From a virus (taxonomy: Duplodnaviria; Caudoviricetes), in the IMG/VR virus record IMGVR_UViG_3300021410_000065, positions 1 through 59,479 of that record: 59,479 nucleotides of DNA, one strand, 5' to 3'. Below, piece by piece: positions 1 through 7,900 of this stretch. A program made the translations under genes and the position numbers. Every line of letters starts with the position of its first letter. The stretch's first letter is position 1. The notes beneath the pieces were generated by a model, which worked only from the letters and a program-made list of their open reading frames with translations, did not search any database and had not been told where the DNA came from.

Positions 1-309
1 TTATTTCGCCGAGGGCGCCACCACGCCATCCGTCAGCGCATCCACGATATCGCATCCATGCGATACCGCGACGTGCACGGCATCGCGCGGACTATCGACG
101 CGACTGCCCTGCGCAAATTTCGGAACCACGTAATCTTCGCCGAAGCTCTGAATCATGTTGGCGCGCGTAACGAGCACGGTGGCCGTGAATTGCGGTGCTG
201 TTCCGTCATCCGACGACCCACCGGGAAATTCACGCGAGACCCTCGCATTGAGGCGAAAGCCTTTGTAGACCAAGTTATTTTGATGCACACGAAAACCTTT
301 CAAGGCCAA
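1..309 (-). CDS. Host hypothetical protein (start uncertain)
   Basis: Protein-like 102-aa ORF outside attL; no motif recognised. Confidence 0.55.
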   Translation of the reverse strand: MALKGFRVHQNNLVYKGFRLNARVSREFPGGSSDDGTAPQFTATVLVTRANMIQSFGEDYVVPKFAQGSRVDSPRDAVHVAVSHGCDIVDALTDGVVAPSAK

Positions 310-547
310 GCATCACGCCCCTTGGCAACAGGGAGGTGCATAGATTCCAACCCCCATGGCGCATGGTTGCACGCCATGGATTCAGCTTTTGATGGTAGCC
401 CGAATCGCCAGGGTGGGATAGCGGTTTGCATCGTGGATTTCCATGATCGCGGGGCGGCCCCGCATTCGAGCCATGCCAAGGCACCAGTTGATGGCAAACC
501 GCAACATCCAAAGGTGAAACGCCTCCGCGACAGATGCGAAAAAAACG

Positions 548-556
548 TGCTAGAAT
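548..556 (+). promoter_or_regulatory. Extended -10 element of tRNA-His promoter
   Basis: TGC-TAGAAT about 20 nt upstream of the tRNA. Confidence 0.5.
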
Positions 557-576
557 TTCGTTCTCAGCAGTACAGT

Positions 577-653
577 GGTGGCTGTAGCTCAGTTGGTAGA
601 GTCCTGGATTGTGATTCCAGTTGTCGTGGGTTCGAGCCCCATCAGCCACCCCA
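577..653 (+). tRNA. tRNA-His (GTG)
   Basis: GGTGGCTGTAGCTCAGTTGGTAGAG...GATTGTGATTCC...GGTTCGAGCCCC...AGCCACCCCA; 77 nt with extra G-1, GTG anticodon and CCA end. Confidence 0.98.
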
Positions 654-656
654 TCT
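607..656 (+). repeat. attL, 50-bp direct repeat (3' half of tRNA-His)
   Basis: Identical to 58514..58563. Confidence 0.97.
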
Positions 657-690
657 AGCCTAGTTCTCCGGGCTGTTTCAATAAACCAAG

Positions 691-826
691 TGGTGACATG
701 ATCCCGCTTTGGTGACAAACGAGAGTACGGCGTTCTGCCGATCGCTCAAAAAATCCCCCTAGCGTTCCCCGTTTTTTCTTAAACCTGTGCCGTTCTTGCG
801 CCGGGCGCGGTTGTTTCGTCTCACCA
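691..826. promoter_or_regulatory. Putative integrase arm-type binding sites
   Basis: TGGTGACA at 691 and 710, inverted TGGTGAGA at 819..826; related TGGTGAC at 58412 and inverted GGTGATAA near 58464, inside attR. Confidence 0.55.
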
Positions 827-886
827 ACATTGGCACTCTCGAGGCGTTGTAACGTCGCTTCCGTCCCTGCGTCTGACATGCATATA

Positions 887-902
887 CTGTGTTTTTATAC
901 AG
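887..902 (+). promoter_or_regulatory. LexA (SOS) box
   Basis: CTGTGTTTTTATACAG fits CTG-N10-CAG and overlaps a TATACT -10 at 883..888. Confidence 0.85.
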
Positions 903-910
903 GTGTCGCT

Positions 911-1135
911 ATGTCAGAGATCGAAATTCTTGCAAAAATTTGCGGCGATGAAGTCGCGCACGGGTCCAATTCCCTCCCAAACCCCGAGAAGGCCGAAGAT
1001 CGAGAGTACGCCGTAACGATGCACGCGCGTTACGCTGGACCTGTTCGCGTCTTCTACAAGCGCCACGTCGCCAAAAAAGGGAAGCACAGCCACTATTACT
1101 GGCTGGTTTACCGGGCGGAACGCGTCGAAGCTTGA
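911..1135 (+). CDS. Small SOS-regulated hypothetical protein (74 aa)
   Basis: ATG 911 follows an AGGTG RBS and the LexA box; lies upstream of SRAP. Confidence 0.7.
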   Translation: MSEIEILAKICGDEVAHGSNSLPNPEKAEDREYAVTMHARYAGPVRVFYKRHVAKKGKHSHYYWLVYRAERVEA

Positions 1136-1164
1136 CGCCTATACTCCACACATAGGAGAACGCC

Positions 1165-1839
1165 ATGTGTGGACGAATCGCCCAATCTCGCGCCGTCGCC
1201 GACTATCTGGAGACGATCGCCTGGAATTCCTACAGCCTGCCCGACGTGCTGGGCCCGCGCTACAACGTGCCGCCCGGCACGAAGCCGTTGGCGTTCCACT
1301 GCTTGGCCGGCGACCCGGAGGTGTCGCGTCTTTTCTGGGGCTACAAGCCGCTGTGGTTTAAGCGTGCTCCAGTGAGCAACGCCCGCCTGGACACCATCCT
1401 CGATCCCAAGAAATCATTCTGGCGCGGACCGTTCAAACACGGCCGCATGCTGGTGCCTGCCGATGGCTGGTACGAGTGGACCGGCGAGAAAGGCAGCAAG
1501 CAGCCTTGGTTCATCCACTCCGAGGGCGACGAGTCCATCATGATGGCAGCGATCTGCGCGTGGCGCCCCGGTGCCGAAACAGACGCCGAACACGGCATGG
1601 CCATCGTGACCGATGATTCCGCAGGTGGGATGGTCGACATTCACGACCGCCGTCCAGTCGTGCTTCCGCCGGCGCTTGCGCGTGAATGGGCGGACCCGGC
1701 CACGACACCTGATCAAGCTCGCGAAATTATCGCGGCTGCTCTTCCATCCGATGCGTTTCGCTGGCACAGGGTGCGCACCGAGGTTGGAAGCTCGAACTAT
1801 CAAATGGCCGACGCCGTCTCGCCAATTGAGATGCCGTAG
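1165..1839 (+). CDS. SOS response-associated peptidase (SRAP/HMCES/YedK family, abasic-site protection)
   Basis: N-terminal MCGR, plus RYNVPP, NARLDT, PADGWYEW and IHDRRPVVL. Confidence 0.95.
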   Translation: MCGRIAQSRAVADYLETIAWNSYSLPDVLGPRYNVPPGTKPLAFHCLAGDPEVSRLFWGYKPLWFKRAPVSNARLDTILDPKKSFWRGPFKHGRMLVPADGWYEWTGEKGSKQPWFIHSEGDESIMMAAICAWRPGAETDAEHGMAIVTDDSAGGMVDIHDRRPVVLPPALAREWADPATTPDQAREIIAAALPSDAFRWHRVRTEVGSSNYQMADAVSPIEMP

Positions 1840-2052
1840 TAGCTTTGGCGAATCAACAATGCATCCTGCAACTAACGCACTAGACATCGTACCTATCGGA
1901 TCGGCAAATTGGCTTTGCGGCGGTACAACGCTTGCGAGCGTGGATATGTAAATCCCGTAGTCGCGGTTAGCAGATGCACAGTCCGCTGAGCTTTATATGT
2001 TTTAATGCAATTCAACACGTCGAAGTAATAGAACGTAACAGAAACAAGATAT

Positions 2053-2832
2053 TTGGACATAATGCCCATAGGAACTCCTGCCACGATAGGCGCCCAACTT
2101 CAGCAGGATGTTGAAATTTGGCTCGCCGAATCCACGGAATATCGCTCGCGGCTAGATCTGCAGCACCGTCGCTTCTTGAGGAGCACGGAGCAATTAGACA
2201 ATGCCGATCGTGGGTGGGCATCCGCCGTTCGGGCGGTTCTCATCGCCGCAACGGGGGACTATGATGCGACGATGGAAGTGCTCGCAGACCTCAAGCGTAG
2301 AGATCCGCCACGCTTCGAGGCCACTGCGGCTACCACATTGATTATGCTCGCGCGTTATAGCGAATCGTTGGTGCACTACAGGGTGATCATTGACCCGGAG
2401 TTCGGGGAGACGCACTTCTTGCATCAGGGCGCACCTAACGGCGGATTCGAAACATACGTGCGGGCAATCGACAAGGCAAAAACCATGTTTCCAGATCTTG
2501 GCACTTTTGAGCGCGAGGATGAAGCACGTCGCGTGGTCTCGATCCTCAACCAAAATGGCGAAACCGAAGATCATGTCGTAGCGGCATTAGATGTGGCTGG
2601 AGAGGTGCTGCGAGATCACGGAATGTTCCAGGCTTGGAAACATCCTATGATTCGGCCGGTGGAGAGTCCTCGTGATGGCCAGCATCCGTATTTCGGATAT
2701 GAGATATTCCTCAAAGTGACGGATGAGGAAGCGTTAGATCTGACCGTCGAGTATGTCGAGCGTCTTGCTCATTCTAGTGTCGTTATTCCGTCCTCGATGG
2801 TATTTTCGTTTGCGGCCTATCATGCCGAGTAG
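2053..2832 (+). CDS. Moron gene 1: helical (possibly TPR-like) hypothetical protein, partner of the HEPN gene
   Basis: 259-aa ORF in a visibly more AT-rich stretch; its stop overlaps the next start. Confidence 0.75.
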   Translation: MDIMPIGTPATIGAQLQQDVEIWLAESTEYRSRLDLQHRRFLRSTEQLDNADRGWASAVRAVLIAATGDYDATMEVLADLKRRDPPRFEATAATTLIMLARYSESLVHYRVIIDPEFGETHFLHQGAPNGGFETYVRAIDKAKTMFPDLGTFEREDEARRVVSILNQNGETEDHVVAALDVAGEVLRDHGMFQAWKHPMIRPVESPRDGQHPYFGYEIFLKVTDEEALDLTVEYVERLAHSSVVIPSSMVFSFAAYHAE

Positions 2833-3199
2833 CGCCGAACAGCTCTGGGCGTACGCGCAGACGATTCCCACGAGCGACGAGGAATTGATGCGCAACAAAA
2901 TTGGGCGTAGCTATTACGCTCTTTATCATCACGCGATAAATTTTCATAACGCTCTCCCCGAGGCTGAAAAAGGTGGCCTGCGCGCGCATACAGGAGGCGT
3001 TCATCAGCAGTTGATTGATCGGCTCTGTAACCCTAGCGTCCGTGATGTGTCGGTGCAAAGCCGCTCACGCAGTATCGGCACTTTTCTAAGCCTAGCAAGA
3101 GCACTGCGCGACCGCGCTGATTATCACCATGATCAGACTGTGACTGCCACGGATGTCGTCAACTGCACACGGTTCGTCTCGAAAGGCCTGACGTTTTAA
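2822..3199 (+). CDS. HEPN-domain protein (125 aa)
   Basis: IGRSYYALYH ... GGVHQQLIDRL ... LRDRADY pattern; ATG 2822 overlaps the end of the upstream gene. Confidence 0.75.
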   Translation: MPSSAEQLWAYAQTIPTSDEELMRNKIGRSYYALYHHAINFHNALPEAEKGGLRAHTGGVHQQLIDRLCNPSVRDVSVQSRSRSIGTFLSLARALRDRADYHHDQTVTATDVVNCTRFVSKGLTF

Positions 3200-3222
3200 C
3201 TCGGGCAATGCGCTGGGTCGAT

Positions 3223-3447
3223 CTAGAATGCACGCCCTCGCCACGAGCACAGCGCGTTGCCACGCTCGTTGTGCGCAAGAATCTGACGCGCCGTCGGATC
3301 TGTGAATTCATCTTCGACAGCGACAAAGATGGGCTTCGCGATCGCGCAGTACTCAAGCCCCACCGGCTGCCTACTTGCGCAGCCAGTCGCGCTTAAGCTG
3401 GTCAGCAGCGCCGCCATCAGGCAGGCGGTCAATCTGAACATCGACAT
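3223..3447 (-). CDS. o-spanin (Rz1-like lipoprotein)
   Basis: MSMFRLTACLMAALLTSLSATG-C lipobox and AAGGA RBS; overlaps the i-spanin. Confidence 0.8.
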   Translation of the reverse strand: MSMFRLTACLMAALLTSLSATGCASRQPVGLEYCAIAKPIFVAVEDEFTDPTARQILAHNERGNALCSWRGRAF

Positions 3448-3619
3448 TGCGAACTTCCTTAGCGGCCACTGCCGCTTGTTCATTGGTCTTCTCGGCCACT
3501 TCTTCGCGCGCCTCGCTACTCCCTTTGGCCTTTGCGCGGAAATAAATGCCGATCCCGGTAACCACGGCCGCCGCGATAGCGGCCAGCCAAGGGCCAAATT
3601 CAGCCAGTAGCGGCGTCAT
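3371..3619 (-). CDS. i-spanin (Rz-like)
   Basis: N-terminal TM helix plus coiled coil, directly downstream of the endolysin. Confidence 0.75.
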   Translation of the reverse strand: MTPLLAEFGPWLAAIAAAVVTGIGIYFRAKAKGSSEAREEVAEKTNEQAAVAAKEVRNVDVQIDRLPDGGAADQLKRDWLRK

Positions 3620-4296
3620 AGCGGCCCCTCATAGACGTACGGGACCTGCATTCCCGCTTCCAGCGTGGCGCGAACCTTGGCTGCTGCTTCGGCCTTGGTG
3701 ATGACGCCGTTGCCATCGATGTCCAAGCCGCTGTTCTGGCGGTATGTCGTGGGGCGGCCTTCCTGCGTCCATAGCGCTGAGGTCTCGGGCTTGCCGATCG
3801 CGGCCGGCCAAAGGATGGCCATGTAGACATCGCTCAAGGAATGCAGTCGATTGCGATACGGCTCGAAGTACTCGCGCACCAGGTCGAGCTGCTCCACGGC
3901 CGTCATCGCCGCAGCCTGCTCCACGGTCCGGCCCATCGATTTAAGCGTCGAAGGCATGAACTGGATCAAGCCAATGGCACCGGATCCGGCGGCGTTACGA
4001 ACGGTCGGGGTGAAGCGGGCTCGCGGGCCCGTCTCCCATGCCATGCAAGCCATCAGATGGTTCGGCTCGATCCCCAGCGCCGATGCCACCTCCACCGCCC
4101 TCTTCCGGAATGCCGGCGTCACGTTCGGATGGTTGCCCCACGCGAGCTTGATAGCGCTGCTCGAGCTTGGGCTGCTTGACGAGACGGGCGAGGATCCCGA
4201 GGAAGATGAGGACGATGCCGCCGTACTGGACGTACGCAGGCGGGAAAGTGCTTCGAATATCGCTCGGAAGAATTGCCCAAATTTGGAATGCTGCAT
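3616..4296 (-). CDS. Endolysin, lytic transglycosylase (SLT-like)
   Basis: MAWETG catalytic Glu and SGAIGLIQFMP; lysis cassette position. Confidence 0.88.
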   Translation of the reverse strand: MQHSKFGQFFRAIFEALSRLRTSSTAASSSSSSGSSPVSSSSPSSSSAIKLAWGNHPNVTPAFRKRAVEVASALGIEPNHLMACMAWETGPRARFTPTVRNAAGSGAIGLIQFMPSTLKSMGRTVEQAAAMTAVEQLDLVREYFEPYRNRLHSLSDVYMAILWPAAIGKPETSALWTQEGRPTTYRQNSGLDIDGNGVITKAEAAAKVRATLEAGMQVPYVYEGPL

Positions 4297-4408
4297 CAGG
4301 TACCGCCGTAAGGTAAGAGAAAAAGAGAGCAGCAGCGCCTTGGAACCAAATGGTCCACATGCGCCACCAGGATCGCCAGTCGGGGACGAGTTCGGGAAAG
4401 AGCTTCAT
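3995..4408 (-). CDS. Putative holin overlapping the endolysin gene
   Basis: LVPDWRSWWRMW...ARLVKQPKL with two hydrophobic segments. Confidence 0.72.
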   Translation of the reverse strand: MKLFPELVPDWRSWWRMWTIWFQGAAALFFSYLTAVPDAAFQIWAILPSDIRSTFPPAYVQYGGIVLIFLGILARLVKQPKLEQRYQARVGQPSERDAGIPEEGGGGGIGAGDRAEPSDGLHGMGDGPASPLHPDRS

Positions 4409-4414
4409 GGGTGA

Positions 4415-4933
4415 TTACCTGCGTTGAGGTGTGGAAACTGCGGGAGGTGACGGCGGATCGAAGGTGCTTTCGATCGCCTTGGACTGAACTACGGTTTCAG
4501 TGTTGGTCAGGCGCCCATCGATGCCAGACATCCGGCCCTCGACGCCGCGCACGCGCTCGACCACAGCGTCGAAGCTGCGGATGCTGTCGACGCCAGTGAG
4601 CACAGCCCAGCAGATGAAAGCCAGAAGGAATGGCGCGCCCCAAGCCATGAGCTTCAGCCAGCCTTCAAGGCTGACGATTCGCTTTTCGATGAGCTCTTTG
4701 TCCCGGCGCACCTGGTGGGCGACGTTCTCCACCTCCGTTATGCGAGCGTCGGCATGCTTCACCTCGGTTTGAATCGTCGCGATGTTGACGAGCATTTCGG
4801 TCTGCTTCAGCTGGCCAGCCTGAAGCTGTCGCATCGTCTCCACGATGTGCGACATGCGCTCGATCATCGTGGCGGCCTGCGCGCCGGTCATGCTGTCAGC
4901 GTTGTGCATGTCTGGATGGGTCATGGAGGGCAC
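4415..4933 (-). CDS. Coiled-coil membrane protein of the lysis region
   Basis: Coiled coil plus one TM segment (LMAWGAPFLLAFICWAVL). Confidence 0.7.
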   Translation of the reverse strand: MPSMTHPDMHNADSMTGAQAATMIERMSHIVETMRQLQAGQLKQTEMLVNIATIQTEVKHADARITEVENVAHQVRRDKELIEKRIVSLEGWLKLMAWGAPFLLAFICWAVLTGVDSIRSFDAVVERVRGVEGRMSGIDGRLTNTETVVQSKAIESTFDPPSPPAVSTPQRR

Positions 4934-4947
4934 TGCAGATAGGGACG

Positions 4948-4968
4948 AAAAAAAACCCGCACAGCGGG
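4948..4968 (-). terminator. Intrinsic terminator after the giant gene
   Basis: CCCGC-TGT-GCGGG followed by T8 on the minus strand. Confidence 0.7.
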
Positions 4969-4995
4969 CATCCGGTCTTTCATGGCGAAGTCCTT

Positions 4996-7900
4996 CTATT
5001 GCGCTCGGCGCATGCGTTCATCCACAGACATCGCAAGCTGATTGCGCGCCTGTACGAGAGTGTCGAGCCGCAGGCGCTTCTCGTCCGCCGGCATCGTTGC
5101 GCTGGTCTCGATCCGCTTGATCTGCTGTCCAATCTCCTGCATGCGCTTATTGGCCGACTGGTAGAGGCCCCGCAGCTTGAGCTTGTCGTCGCCGGCGAGC
5201 TCTCGCGCGCGCTCGATGTCGCCCTCCTTGCGCGCCTGGGTGAACGCGGCATACACCTGGTCGATCTCGCGCTGCTGATCGTAGAAACGCTGGGTGTACT
5301 TGCTGCTGGTGGTATCGGCACCCTTTAGGAAATCGCCAACGACAAACCAGTTCTCGATCTTGGCCATATCGCGCGATGGATTTGCGGGCATATCGAGGGC
5401 TGGACGTGCTGCCCAGTCGGCGGCGCTGAGTGCCTGGGTGCCGAGCCAGCCGAAATACCCGCGTACCAAGTGTTCGATTCGCTGCGGCGAATAGCCAAGC
5501 GCCTTGCCCAGCGCCACTGCGCCGGCACTGGTGCGCGACGTGTAGCGATCGCCTTCCGGTAGCCGCTCCTGCGACGGCGTGTCGATGTTGCGATCGCGGA
5601 AGCTGTCGTAATTGAACGACGCCTCAAGGTATGGCTTAAGCATCTGGGGCATGGGGCTCATTTGCAGCTGATCGCCCAAGACGCTTGCCACGGTCTTGCC
5701 GAAGTCCTTCAGACGGTAATCGTCTCCGGCGAACGCCAGCTCAGTGCCGCGCTCCACGATCGTGCCCAGGGCGCCCACCTCGAACGGCTTCGGCACGTAG
5801 ACGAACTTGTCGCCTATACGCGTAACCCAATAGGTGTTGCGCACCCAGTCAGGAAGCTTTTTGTACTCGTCATCGTCCTTCATGCCCAGGTACAGAAGCG
5901 CCGATGCCATGGCGACGGCCCCCGTGACGGCCACGAACCGCGCGGGGTTTTCCTTGGCGCCGCGGCCCAGCTTGTACATACCCTGCAAGCGCGCGTTCAT
6001 AAAGGGGACCACCTGCGACAACAGACGTACCGCCGCAAACTTGCCGCCAGCCGTGAAGTCCATCAAATCGCGGGCGAGGTAGCTCGCTTCCAAGTGGGTC
6101 TTTCCACTCTTTCGGGCCTGGTTATAGATGGCGGCACGATTGACCGTTTCTGCGCGATCGCCAACCTCCTGATACCAGTCGAACGCTTTGCGCAGATGAC
6201 GGCCGAGGGCTGCCGGCGAGCCGATCACCTGCCCCCGCTCAACGCCCAGGTCCTCCACCAGCCGCTTCACGTTGCGAGCTTGGCCATCTTGGAACGAGCC
6301 GAACCGCACTGCCCCACCGCCGGCCAGCAACCGGCGGAAGGTATCGGAATCCTTGCCTGTAGATTTCCAGCCGTCGGCCATGTTGCGCAGCGGATTCGCG
6401 GAGATGTCCGTATTGATCGCCACCGCGGAGATCGAGTCGCGCATCAGGTTGCGCAGACGGAAGGTTGGGCTGATCGTCACGCCAACCGTGAGCGCGTGCT
6501 TGAACTTACGCATGCCCTTCATGATCGGATCATTCGACCCAACGTAGTGCAACGACGTGAGCGCATCCAGCACGAGCGGATCATGCACCAAGTAGTGCCG
6601 CTCCTGCCCCTTCACCATCACCCGAACGCTGCCCTTTTCGGCGCCCGCCAGACGATCCGCAACGCCCATCGTGCTGGCTGCCTGCAACGCCTCCTGGGCG
6701 GCAAGGTTCTTCATGCTGCCGGAAAGCAGATGCGACCAATTCGCCACGGTGTTCGCCGTCAGGTCGCCCAATTTCTCGCTACCACCCTTCAGCTTACGGA
6801 ATGCCCTCTGACCCACCAGTCCCCCGATCTGGCCGGGGCCCATCGTGCCGGTCTGGTCTTCCTCCATGACGCGATAGAACGGCACGTAGAACTCGCTCTC
6901 CCAGAGGTGCCGAGTGGCACCGTCGATCAAGCCTGCTTGCTCAGCGACATCCATCACCGAGGTCTGCAAATCGTTGAACTCGCGCAGGGCTGTGCGGTAT
7001 ACGTCCGCGCGATTACGGCCGTCGGGCATCTTGCCGCTGGCCAATTGTTTCAGGGACGCGATCTCAGCCGAGGAGAAAAGATTCTCGCGTCCCTCGCCGG
7101 CAAGTTTTTCGGCGCGATTGCCCGCGATCCACGCCATGAAATGATCGTGCTCGCCCTTCAGGTCGGCCAACACATCTGCCAGGCCTTTGGACCCGTCGAC
7201 ACCGTCGAGCGCGCCATCAGTAAGCTTGACCTTTCCACTGCGCACCAGGAACTCGGCAGCGCCGTCTGTACCCTTTGACAAGCGCGCCTGCATGTACGCC
7301 TGTTCGCTCAAGCCCTTGATCGGCGCGAACTGATCGAACACACCCTGCACCAGCTTGGTCTGCCAATTCTGCGTGTGCTTCTTCAGCCTATCGCGGATCG
7401 GCTCGCGGTCGGCGAAGGCCCCAATCTTCTTGAGCGCGCTATCGCGTACCGCTTGGCCTGCAGCGTGCAGTTGTTGCCCGGAGAGCGTGGTCGCTGCCGC
7501 GCGCGACTCCATCGGACCGCCAGAATCAAAAAGCCCCGCATTTGGCGGGGCTTTGTCGTTTCCGGGTCTATTCGAGTTGCTTACTTCGCTCGTAGCTCGC
7601 GGAGTCGGCTTAGGATCACTGGCTCCGCCGCCTGCATGTGCGAGAGCAGCGATTCGACTTCGGACGGCGTCAGGCGAGTCATGCTTGACGAGATAGCGTC
7701 CTTCGGATTCTGTGAGCGCGTCAAAGCCTCGGCCGCTGGCCGCGCGGAAGTCTGATTCGACATTTCCATAGCGTTCTCGCAGTGCTTTCAAGGTTTCGGG
7801 GGACAAGCGCAAGGTAGCACTGTACTGCTTCCCGGTCAACGCGAAAGAGCCAATAACGCGCCCCCCATTCTGCGTGATGTGGGACGCAAGCGACGCCAGG

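Noticed and set aside
58-879. ORFs spanning the tRNA/attL region
   Set aside because: They overlap the tRNA and att arm sites and have non-protein-like composition.
5662-7278. Long antisense ORFs (also 8029..9285, 23991..25499, 28344..29912, 33556..34839, 46330..47682, 51329..52699)
   Set aside because: Shadow frames of high-GC genes with clear motifs on the other strand; no motifs of their own.
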